DNA of 64,000 bases from an uncultured Bacteroidota bacterium. GTDB lineage: Bacteria > Bacteroidota > Ignavibacteria > Kryptoniales > JAKASW01. Positions 57,442 through 64,000 of this stretch are shown here, piece after piece. The translations under genes were made by a program, and so were the position numbers. Each line of letters begins with the position of its first letter. The stretch's first letter is position 1. The stretch covers positions 910,404 to 974,403 of the forward strand of contig OY969800.1 of NCBI GenBank assembly GCA_963703215.1. The letters are read 5' to 3'. Under the pieces are notes generated by a model, which was not told the origin of the DNA, did no database searches, and saw only the letters and a program-made list of their open reading frames with translations.

Positions 57442-57951
57442 TTACTTTGCCGGTTTATTTTGCAAATTCAGATAATCCTGATAGCCCATCTTCTTGTAAT
57501 AGTCTCCTCCGATGTATTTCAGCACCAGCATAAATTCGTCCGGTTTCATATAACCTGGTACAGAAGTGATCGGCTGTCCGTCTGTTGACAAGAAAATTGT
57601 TGTAGGATAACCGTTCACTCTGTAAGCTTTCGCAATCTCAGTCTGAGTCATTACTTCCTGACCGACTGTTTCCTTAACATCGCTTTCAGCATTTAACCTC
57701 ACGAGGATATAATTTTGCGTTAAGTAATTTTTTATGTCTTCATCACTGTAAGTGTCTTTTTCCATTCTCTTACACCAACCGCACCAGTCGGTATAAACAT
57801 CTATAAGGACCTTTTTATTTTCCGCTGATGCTTTTCGAACGCCGTCCGTGTAGTTTGTCCATTGGAGTTCGCCACTAATGCCGTTATTCATGTTGGAACC
57901 TGTATTTGTGAAAAGCAGAGTGCCTAATAACGCAACCAAGATCGAGTTCAT
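57442..57951 (-). CDS. secreted thioredoxin-fold protein
   Basis: Signal peptide, then a CxxC active site in TDWCGWCKRM and the cis-Pro region GYPTTIF. Confidence 0.75.
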   Translation of the reverse strand: MNSILVALLGTLLFTNTGSNMNNGISGELQWTNYTDGVRKASAENKKVLIDVYTDWCGWCKRMEKDTYSDEDIKNYLTQNYILVRLNAESDVKETVGQEVMTQTEIAKAYRVNGYPTTIFLSTDGQPITSVPGYMKPDEFMLVLKYIGGDYYKKMGYQDYLNLQNKPAK

Positions 57952-57966
57952 TTTTCTCTCCTCGAG

Positions 57967-59232
57967 TTAGAATATGTCGTATTGATATATGAACGGTGCC
58001 GGTGCTCTAAAAAGTTCATCAAGTTTTGCCGCAATTGTGTTTTCACCTTCGGCAAAACCAAGTCTTAAAGCATCGCTGGGTTTTAAAAAACCGGAATAAA
58101 TTTGCGAAAAGATTTCAATGCTTGATTCGAATTGAACGGAGTGCTTTGTCTCATCAACAATGGTCTCACAATTATGAACGTGCAGATTGAAATGCCGCGA
58201 GTTCTGCGGAAGATTGCCATCATTGACTTTGATTATAAAATCGGCCGGGGCTGCAATATTGTGACGCAGCTTGCTGAGTGCATCCGGAAGATTTATGATT
58301 CTGAGCATAAAACCGGAAGCGAGTGTCGAAAAGGATTTGAATTCGAAGAACAGTCTGCGGTAATCAGATTCCCTTGGCTCTTTCAGAAAAAGGTGAAGTG
58401 GATAGTCGGCTGGAGCAAGGAACTTAACGCGCGTGACCTGTTCTCCAAGAGAACTCACGAATCCCAATAAACCGCGATGAACCGCAGCGTCGAGTCCTAC
58501 AAGCTCCTTTATGTTTAGTACCGTTTCGCCTGCAAGTCCATTCGATGTGCCATGCTCCTTGTAAACTTCAAAAACAATGTACCCTTTCACTTCGCCGTCA
58601 TCGTAGACATACGCATCCTTGAATTTCGGAAAGACGACTAAGTCCCAGAAACTGTCGTTGCGCAAAAGAGTGAACGCACCGTCCGCTTGAATCTCTTGCA
58701 GCAAAACCTTTTTCACCTTGTTCTTGTCGGCTTTGTTAAATGCGCGAACATGCGCCCGTTCTTCTTCGGAAGATACGTGTGAACCAGCGGAGAATTTGGA
58801 AATATTGTTTGGACTAAATTCGTATTGAACTACATTTCCGACATAACCGTAGCCAAACTTTTTGTAGAATTGATGCTTGAATGGGAACAACATTGAGATA
58901 GGAAAATCCATTTCGTACATCTTTCTCAGTGCATCTTCCATGAGGGCTTCGGCGATTCCAAGCCTCCTCGCTTCGGGTTGAACCGCCACCGCAGCGATAC
59001 CTGCCATCGGGATTTTCATCCCACGAGAGAAAACTTCAAACGGAGTTATGCGGAGACAGCCCGCGATCCCGCCATTCAATCTTTTATCCTCGGCGACATA
59101 CATGTGGTCTAGTGAATAGCGCGGATTGTTTTCTATGCTGACGCGGATGATAGAAGTATCCTCGAGGAACGACTTCGAAAGAAGGGTTGCTATCGCGTCG
59201 GCGTCGCCGCCGGAAGCCTGACGAATTATCAT
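57967..59232 (-). CDS. Eis-like GNAT acetyltransferase with C-terminal SCP2-like domain
   Basis: N-terminal GNAT (AVAVQPEARRLGIAEALMEDAL) plus a second GNAT-like and sterol-carrier-like region, ~420 aa, typical of the Eis family architecture. Confidence 0.7.
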   Translation of the reverse strand: MIIRQASGGDADAIATLLSKSFLEDTSIIRVSIENNPRYSLDHMYVAEDKRLNGGIAGCLRITPFEVFSRGMKIPMAGIAAVAVQPEARRLGIAEALMEDALRKMYEMDFPISMLFPFKHQFYKKFGYGYVGNVVQYEFSPNNISKFSAGSHVSSEEERAHVRAFNKADKNKVKKVLLQEIQADGAFTLLRNDSFWDLVVFPKFKDAYVYDDGEVKGYIVFEVYKEHGTSNGLAGETVLNIKELVGLDAAVHRGLLGFVSSLGEQVTRVKFLAPADYPLHLFLKEPRESDYRRLFFEFKSFSTLASGFMLRIINLPDALSKLRHNIAAPADFIIKVNDGNLPQNSRHFNLHVHNCETIVDETKHSVQFESSIEIFSQIYSGFLKPSDALRLGFAEGENTIAAKLDELFRAPAPFIYQYDIF

Positions 59233-59237
59233 CCGGG

Positions 59238-60425
59238 TTACCCGGCCTCTTCTCGTGTGCGGGACATGCTGGATTGATCAACCTCGGATTTATTCATCGT
59301 TTGCATCACTGCGTCATAGACTTCTCTTACGGTTATGCCATGGACACCATCACCAAATGTGCAAACGTGCGGGTCGCCGGGGCATTCAGTTTGACAGAAT
59401 TCATCTGGAGGAAGAATTACCCTGGATGCTTCTCCGACCGGTCCCCACAATTTCGGCGAGCATGCTGTCAACGGACAAAACATCGAGACCGTCGGAGTTC
59501 CGACAGCCGAGGCAATGTGCATCGGGCCGGTGCTTGACGAAACAAACAGACTCATCCGGGAAATTACCGCAATTAACTCTCGCAAAGAAAGTTCGCCAAA
59601 AGACACATTCAAATTTTCAGCCGGAATGTCCAAGAACAAACTCTCGAAAATCTCTTCGTGACTTGCGCCGGTCACAAGGACCTGTATGCCGTTCTTCACC
59701 AGCAAATTTGATAGTTCCGAATATCTTTCTGCTCGCCAATTTGGAGACGAATGACCGCTGCCAGGATGGATCCCGACAATCGGGCGATCTAGATCGAATC
59801 CTTTTTGGTCCAAGAACTGGCGTGCGGATTCCTTTTCTTCTTCACTCAGAAATATTTCCGGCTTCGTCCATATTTTCTTCGCGCCGATTTTCCTCGCAAG
59901 ATCGAGCATGTAGTCGGATTCGTGCCTCAGTGGAATGTATCTCTTTCTTGATACTCCGCGCATAAGCGTGATGACTTCGTACAAAATGTGTCCCACGCCG
60001 ACTCGGTAAGGAATTCCGGATAAGAACAGCATGTAAGCAAGACGCTCCGTTGGCAGAAGAAGAAGCGCCGTATCGAATTTGAATTTCCGAATATCTCTGA
60101 CCTTTTCGCGAAAATTCTCGTTTACCGGATCGTGAGTGATGACGGCATCGACAAAAGGACTTTTCATTAATATCGGGGTTGCGTAGGACGAAACAAGGGC
60201 GGCAACGAATGAATTTGGAAAAGAATCTTTCAGCGTATGATAGACGGGCGTTGAGAGAACCACATCGCCAACTCTATCGGGTCTAGCTACGAGGATTCGA
60301 TCATGTTTTCCGCCGAGAAGATTCAACACATTAACCTCACTTTGATTTTCAATATAAGAAATTGAGCTATGCGATGCATTATTGAACGACTCATCGGTTA
60401 ACGCGGCGCTAGTCGTCCGATTCAA
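59238..60425 (-). CDS. family-9 glycosyltransferase (heptosyltransferase-like)
   Basis: RILVARPDRVGDVVLSTP, IGIHPGSG and SSSTGPMHIASAVGTPTV motifs. The track start is a TTG. The true start may be ~40 codons downstream, just before RILVARPD. Confidence 0.8.
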   Translation of the reverse strand: MNRTTSAALTDESFNNASHSSISYIENQSEVNVLNLLGGKHDRILVARPDRVGDVVLSTPVYHTLKDSFPNSFVAALVSSYATPILMKSPFVDAVITHDPVNENFREKVRDIRKFKFDTALLLLPTERLAYMLFLSGIPYRVGVGHILYEVITLMRGVSRKRYIPLRHESDYMLDLARKIGAKKIWTKPEIFLSEEEKESARQFLDQKGFDLDRPIVGIHPGSGHSSPNWRAERYSELSNLLVKNGIQVLVTGASHEEIFESLFLDIPAENLNVSFGELSLRELIAVISRMSLFVSSSTGPMHIASAVGTPTVSMFCPLTACSPKLWGPVGEASRVILPPDEFCQTECPGDPHVCTFGDGVHGITVREVYDAVMQTMNKSEVDQSSMSRTREEAG

Positions 60426-60508
60426 ATGGGCTATGAGAAACCATTACCATGAGGCAGTTCAAACTTGATCTAAATATGGTTTTTCTTCGAAATTTTAAAA
60501 TTTTTCAC

Positions 60509-60537
60509 TTGCATTAACAAAAACACGCAACTATATT
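60509..60537 (+). promoter_or_regulatory. putative sigma-70-type promoter of the candidate sRNA
   Basis: TTGCAT (60509-60514), 17-nt spacer, TATATT (60532-60537). Confidence 0.45.
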
Positions 60538-60543
60538 TAAGCC

Positions 60544-60644
60544 GAATTTATTAATGATATTCGACGAGGATCCCACCCTACCCCAAGAATCCTCGGACTA
60601 TCCGTACCGACCTGCTGGCTACCCCACAGCGGGTCGGTTTTTTT
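60544..60644 (+). ncRNA. candidate ~100-nt small RNA with two hairpins, each displaying CUACCCCA in its loop
   Basis: Hairpin 1: CGAGGAT/ATCCTCG (60565-60571 / 60589-60595). Hairpin 2 is the terminator (60607-60637). The octamer CTACCCCA occurs in both loops (60578-60585 and 60619-60626). Confidence 0.4.
60607..60644 (+). terminator. Rho-independent terminator
   Basis: 11-bp stem CCGACCTGCTG/CAGCGGGTCGG (one G-U pair), a 9-nt loop, then T7 (60638-60644). Confidence 0.7.
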
Positions 60645-60766
60645 ATGAACGATCAAGTGATCCTGCCGCAGTTTCCACAAATTGGATTCCGCAAGGAAAT
60701 CCGTGGCTCACTATCTTTTGAACCAACAGAAATCTTTTCATAACTTGTGAAAAATCCGGAGCAACC

Positions 60767-61945
60767 ATGGAACTGCAAAAAATTCAAACTGCGATTAAAT
60801 CGCTTGGCGTCGACGGCTGGCTCTTTTTCGACTTTCGCAACCGCGATCATCTTGGACTAAAAATCCTTGGAATGGATCCGCATGCCATGTCGACGCGACG
60901 TTGGTACTATTTCATTCCGGCAAACGGAGAGCCCATCAAACTTGCCCACCGAGTTGAGCCGACAAAGCTGGATCATCTCCCTGGAAACAAAATCATGTAT
61001 TCGAGCTGGCGGGAGCTTCACGCAGATCTCAAAGAAATTCTGGGCAAGCCATCAAAAATCGCGATGCAGTATTCACCTTTGAATGCTATTCCGTACGTTT
61101 CGATCGTGGATGGAGGATCCATTGAATTGGTGAAAAGTTTCGGCCATGAAATTGTTTCGTCGGCGGACCTAGTTCAGCAATTCGAAGCGCTCCTCGATGA
61201 GAAAGCGATCAAGTCACATTTCAAAGCCGGGAAAATTATCGACAAAATTCTAGACGAAGCGTTTAACGAAGTCCGCAAATCGCTGCGTAATAAAAAATAC
61301 AAAACCGAATACGAGATCGAACAATTCATCGAGAAACGTTTCAAAGCCAACGGACTAATCACTGACGACCCTCTTATCGTCGGAGTCAACGGCCATCCGG
61401 CAAATCCACATTTCGCCCCGACTTCAAAAAACTCGAAGAAGATAAAACCCGGCGATAACCTCCTAATCGATCTCTGGGCAAAATTCGACAAGCCAGGATC
61501 GATCTACTACGATATAACCTGGTGCGCGTTCATCGGCGACAACCCACCGGAAGATTATGTCAAAGCATTCTATATCGTGCGCGACGCGAGACGAGCCGGA
61601 TTCAAGTTCCTGACCGAGCGGTTGAGCGCCGGGAAACAAGTTGCCGGTTGGGAAGTGGATGATGTTTGCAGAAATGTGGTGAAAGAAGCAGGCTTCGATG
61701 AATATTTCACACACCGAACGGGCCATTCCATTGGTGAAGAAGTCCATGGCAACGGTGCGAACATCGATAATTTTGAAACACAGGACACACGTTTACTTGT
61801 GCCAGGATGTCTCTTCTCTCTTGAACCGGGAATTTATTTAGAAGGCAAAATGGGAGTAAGATCAGAATTGAACGTCTTCATCGACAACTCGAACAAAGCA
61901 ATGATTACCGGGAGAGAGCAAGAAGAACTGGTGCTGATCGGTTAG
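60767..61945 (+). CDS. M24-family Xaa-Pro aminopeptidase
   Basis: Creatinase/prolidase-like N-domain plus a pita-bread catalytic domain with metal ligands in LIDLWA...DITW, HRTGHSIG and SLEPGIY...R.E. Confidence 0.87.
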   Translation: MELQKIQTAIKSLGVDGWLFFDFRNRDHLGLKILGMDPHAMSTRRWYYFIPANGEPIKLAHRVEPTKLDHLPGNKIMYSSWRELHADLKEILGKPSKIAMQYSPLNAIPYVSIVDGGSIELVKSFGHEIVSSADLVQQFEALLDEKAIKSHFKAGKIIDKILDEAFNEVRKSLRNKKYKTEYEIEQFIEKRFKANGLITDDPLIVGVNGHPANPHFAPTSKNSKKIKPGDNLLIDLWAKFDKPGSIYYDITWCAFIGDNPPEDYVKAFYIVRDARRAGFKFLTERLSAGKQVAGWEVDDVCRNVVKEAGFDEYFTHRTGHSIGEEVHGNGANIDNFETQDTRLLVPGCLFSLEPGIYLEGKMGVRSELNVFIDNSNKAMITGREQEELVLIG

Positions 61946-61958
61946 GTGAAGAACAAAG

Positions 61959-61992
61959 AGTGAATAACGTAAGGTTGTAACTATTCACTTTT
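61959..61992 (+). terminator. possible terminator after the aminopeptidase gene
   Basis: 8-bp A/T-rich stem AGTGAATA/TATTCACT (61959-61966 / 61982-61989) followed by TTT. This is a weak terminator. Confidence 0.35.
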
Positions 61993-62012
61993 CACTGTTA
62001 AATTGAATTATC

Positions 62013-63362
62013 GTGCCAAAGCAAACAATCCGTTTCGCATGCCAGAACTGCGGGTACGTTTCGCCGCGATGGGTCGGTCGATGTCCTGAATGCGGAGAGT
62101 GGAACAGCTTCGTCGAGGAATTGATCAACGAGGCGCCAAAGAGAAAAGATTCCCGCAACAAGGTTGAAATCGTCCCGTTGAATGAAGTCGCGGTAACCGA
62201 AGGAGATCGACTGTCGACAGGGATCGAAGAATTCGATCGCGTCCTCGGCGGTGGACTCATGCCTGGCTCAATCATTCTTATTGCCGGCGATCCGGGCGTC
62301 GGTAAGTCAACGCTGATGATGCAGCTTGCACGAAACACAAAATTAGGCAAGATACTTTATGTGACCGGCGAAGAATCGCGCGCGCAAATCAGGGTGCGCT
62401 CGCAGAGATTAGGGATAACAAACCTGGACAATCTCTTCGTTCTCTCCGAAACCGATCTTGAATCCATTACAAAAGCTGTCGCCGAATTTAATCCGCCGAT
62501 TTTGATCGTAGATTCCATACAAACGATTTATCACCCTGAAGTCATGTCTGCGCCGGGAAGTGTCAGTCAGGTTCGAGAGTGCTCGGCAAAACTCGCGCAG
62601 CTTGCCAAGGCAACAGGCACCGCGGTTTTTGTTGTCGGCCATGTTACAAAAGATGGAATTGCCGCGGGGCCAAAAGTGCTGGAACACATTGTCGATGCGG
62701 TTCTACAGCTCGAAGGCGAGCGGCATTATGCCTTCAGAATTCTCCGCGCAAACAAGAACCGTTTCGGATCGACGAACGAAATCGGAATTTTCGAGATGCG
62801 GGAGTCGGGACTCGTCGAAGTAGAAAATCCTTCCGAGATTTTTCTTTCGGAAAGAAGTTACGGTGCGAGCGGTTCGACCGTAACGGCAGCAATCGAAGGT
62901 ACCCGTCCCATACTTCTCGAGATTCAGGCACTCGTTACGCCGACAAGTTATTCCGTTCCACAGCGTACTTCCACCGGTTTCGATTACCGCCGACTCAGCA
63001 TCATTCTAGCGGTTGTAGAAAAAAGACTGGGGTTGAAATTAGGCGGCTTCGATGTGTTTCTAAATGTTGCAGGTGGAGTGAAGGTCGATGAGCCTGCAAT
63101 CGATCTTGCGGCTGCCGTTTCCGTCATTTCGAGTTGCAAAGATATTCCGGTCGATTCGAGCACGATAGTAATTGGAGAAGTCGGCCTCGCGGGAGAAGTC
63201 AGGAGCGTCAGCCAAATCGAGCGGAGAGTACAGGAGGCGGCGAAGCTGGGTTTCAAAAAGGCAATCGTGCCACATGCCAACTTCAAGGGTGCAAAATCAA
63301 AATTAGATATTGAAATCGTCGAAGTACAGAAGATTTCTGAAGCTGTAAGACAATTGATATAA
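62013..63362 (+). CDS. radA: DNA repair protein RadA/Sms
   Basis: GTG start. Zinc finger CQNCGYVSPRWVGRCPECGEWNSF, Walker A GDPGVGKST, the KNRFG motif and a Lon-like C-domain. Confidence 0.95.
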   Translation: MPKQTIRFACQNCGYVSPRWVGRCPECGEWNSFVEELINEAPKRKDSRNKVEIVPLNEVAVTEGDRLSTGIEEFDRVLGGGLMPGSIILIAGDPGVGKSTLMMQLARNTKLGKILYVTGEESRAQIRVRSQRLGITNLDNLFVLSETDLESITKAVAEFNPPILIVDSIQTIYHPEVMSAPGSVSQVRECSAKLAQLAKATGTAVFVVGHVTKDGIAAGPKVLEHIVDAVLQLEGERHYAFRILRANKNRFGSTNEIGIFEMRESGLVEVENPSEIFLSERSYGASGSTVTAAIEGTRPILLEIQALVTPTSYSVPQRTSTGFDYRRLSIILAVVEKRLGLKLGGFDVFLNVAGGVKVDEPAIDLAAAVSVISSCKDIPVDSSTIVIGEVGLAGEVRSVSQIERRVQEAAKLGFKKAIVPHANFKGAKSKLDIEIVEVQKISEAVRQLI

Positions 63363-63365
63363 AAA

Positions 63366-63608
63366 GTGAAAATTATCGGATTGATCGGTCTGGTAGCGAT
63401 CGTTGTATGCTGGATTCCTCAGACACTCGAGGTAGCACGAACGAGGCACTCCAGCATGAAGCTTTCATTCCTCCTTCTCTATTTTTCTGGCAGCATTGCG
63501 CTCACTATCTACGCCATCGGTGATCCGATATTCGTCACTCTAAATCTGCTCACTACAATCGGAAGCGCGGTGAACCTTTACTTCAAGATTTTTGCTGACA
63601 ATAAATAA
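63366..63608 (+). CDS. single PQ-loop (SemiSWEET-like) 3-TM membrane protein
   Basis: 80 aa with three predicted TM helices and a PQ motif in TM1 (CWIPQTLEVARTR). Confidence 0.6.
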   Translation: MKIIGLIGLVAIVVCWIPQTLEVARTRHSSMKLSFLLLYFSGSIALTIYAIGDPIFVTLNLLTTIGSAVNLYFKIFADNK

Positions 63609-63723
63609 AGAGATGGAACGCGGATGACACTGATGAAACAAATTTTCGCAGATAAATTCGAAATTGGTTATTCGATCTATGTAGATCATTATTTTCCGTG
63701 CGATCTGTGTTCAATGTTTTGAT

Positions 63724-64000
63724 ATGAAGATTGTTCTTGCGACCCGCAATCGCCATAAAGTTGAAGAAATAAAAGACATCCTTTCCGATCTGCCGATCGA
63801 GCTTCTGTCATTGGATAATTTTCCGGAGATCGGTGAGATCGTTGAAGATGGTACAACGCTTGAAGAAAATGCTCGCAAGAAGGCAATATTTGTGTTTGAT
63901 TCAATTCAAGATGCAAAATTTAAAATTCAAAATTCCCTTTCACTTGCCGACGACACCGGACTCGAAGTGGACGCCCTCGACGGGAGACCGGGAGTCTATT
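63724..64000 (+). CDS. rdgB: dITP/XTP pyrophosphatase RdgB/HAM1 (5' part; runs off the right edge)
   Basis: Frame from ATG 63724 reads MKIVLATRNRHKVEEIKDIL...LADDTGLEVDALDGRPGVY. It is absent from the ORF track because it has no stop in the window. Confidence 0.88.
   Translation, partial: MKIVLATRNRHKVEEIKDILSDLPIELLSLDNFPEIGEIVEDGTTLEENARKKAIFVFDSIQDAKFKIQNSLSLADDTGLEVDALDGRPGVY

Noticed and set aside
59255-59965. Long antisense ORFs inside well-supported genes (this 236-aa one opposite the GT9 gene; also 4419..5018 opposite ftsZ, 15532..16071 opposite murF, 19155..19670 opposite ftsI, 20136..20648 opposite rsmH, 45617..46108 opposite the MBL gene, 52983..53459 opposite lptD)
   Set aside because: Each is fully nested on the opposite strand of a gene with strong family motifs. 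Their translations are low-complexity (Ser/Arg/Pro/Leu-rich), as expected for shadow ORFs.
60554-60721. 55-codon ORF (MIFDEDPTLPQESSDYPYRPAGYPTAGRFFYE...) overlapping the candidate sRNA
   Set aside because: It reads through an 11-bp-stem/U7 terminator and both structured hairpins. It has no recognisable protein features. The RNA interpretation explains the sequence better.
1-64000. Search for CRISPR arrays, tRNA/rRNA genes, tmRNA, SRP RNA, transposases and integrases
   Set aside because: I saw no regularly spaced direct repeats, no cloverleaf-compatible segments in the intergenic gaps, no conserved tmRNA/SRP/rRNA boxes and no transposase- or integrase-like ORFs. Absence is based on visual inspection only and should be confirmed with tRNAscan-SE, Infernal/Rfam and a CRISPR finder.

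Overview
64-kb chromosomal window, almost fully coding, from a diderm bacterium. I tentatively place it in the FCB superphylum (Ignavibacteria/Chlorobi/Bacteroidetes-like). That placement is an inference from an FCB-type LptE ending in ...NW, a large LptD-like outer-membrane protein, and a miaB / sensor-less sigma-54 activator / lptE arrangement.

Content, left to right:
(i) An EcoRV-family type II restriction-modification pair runs off the left edge (1-1169, minus).
(ii) A complete division/cell-wall (dcw) cluster lies on the minus strand: mraZ-rsmH-ftsL-ftsI-murE-murF-mraY-murD-ftsW-murG-(membrane protein)-murC-murB-ftsQ-ftsA-ftsZ (21.6 kb down to 3.7 kb). It continues without a visible terminator into a REC-HisKA protein lacking an ATPase domain, a sigma-54-dependent response regulator and a 61-aa ORF.
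(iii) A LexA-like repressor is transcribed divergently from mraZ, and its self-cleavage residues look substituted.
(iv) acs plus a satP-type acetate channel.
(v) A six-gene group-3b-like [NiFe]-hydrogenase operon (FeS subunit, cNMP-domain protein, FAD/NAD subunit, small and large subunits, endopeptidase) sits behind a sigma-54-like -24/-12 element.
(vi) Housekeeping and envelope genes: argS, rsfS, larB/larE, a GAF-PAS kinase with NtrC-type regulator, ubiE/menG, a processive GT2 synthase, lptE, miaB, ddl, ftsB, rarA, ROK glucokinase, lptD-like, acetyltransferases, GT9, aminopeptidase P, radA, rdgB.

I recognised no rRNA, tRNA, CRISPR array, transposase or integrase. Seven genes (ftsQ, murC, murG, murE, both hydrogenase catalytic subunits, one GNAT) are split by single-nucleotide frame changes, most simply explained by indel errors in the assembly.

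Most of the window is ordinary core genome. The non-routine observations are:
- the two-component genes appended to the ftsZ end of the dcw operon;
- the degenerate LexA-like gene facing mraZ;
- the cNMP-domain gene inside the hydrogenase operon;
- two unannotated promoter-to-terminator units in intergenic gaps: a ~100-nt candidate sRNA with two CUACCCCA loops at 60.5 kb, and a 36-codon hydrophobic sORF or sRNA at 49.0 kb.
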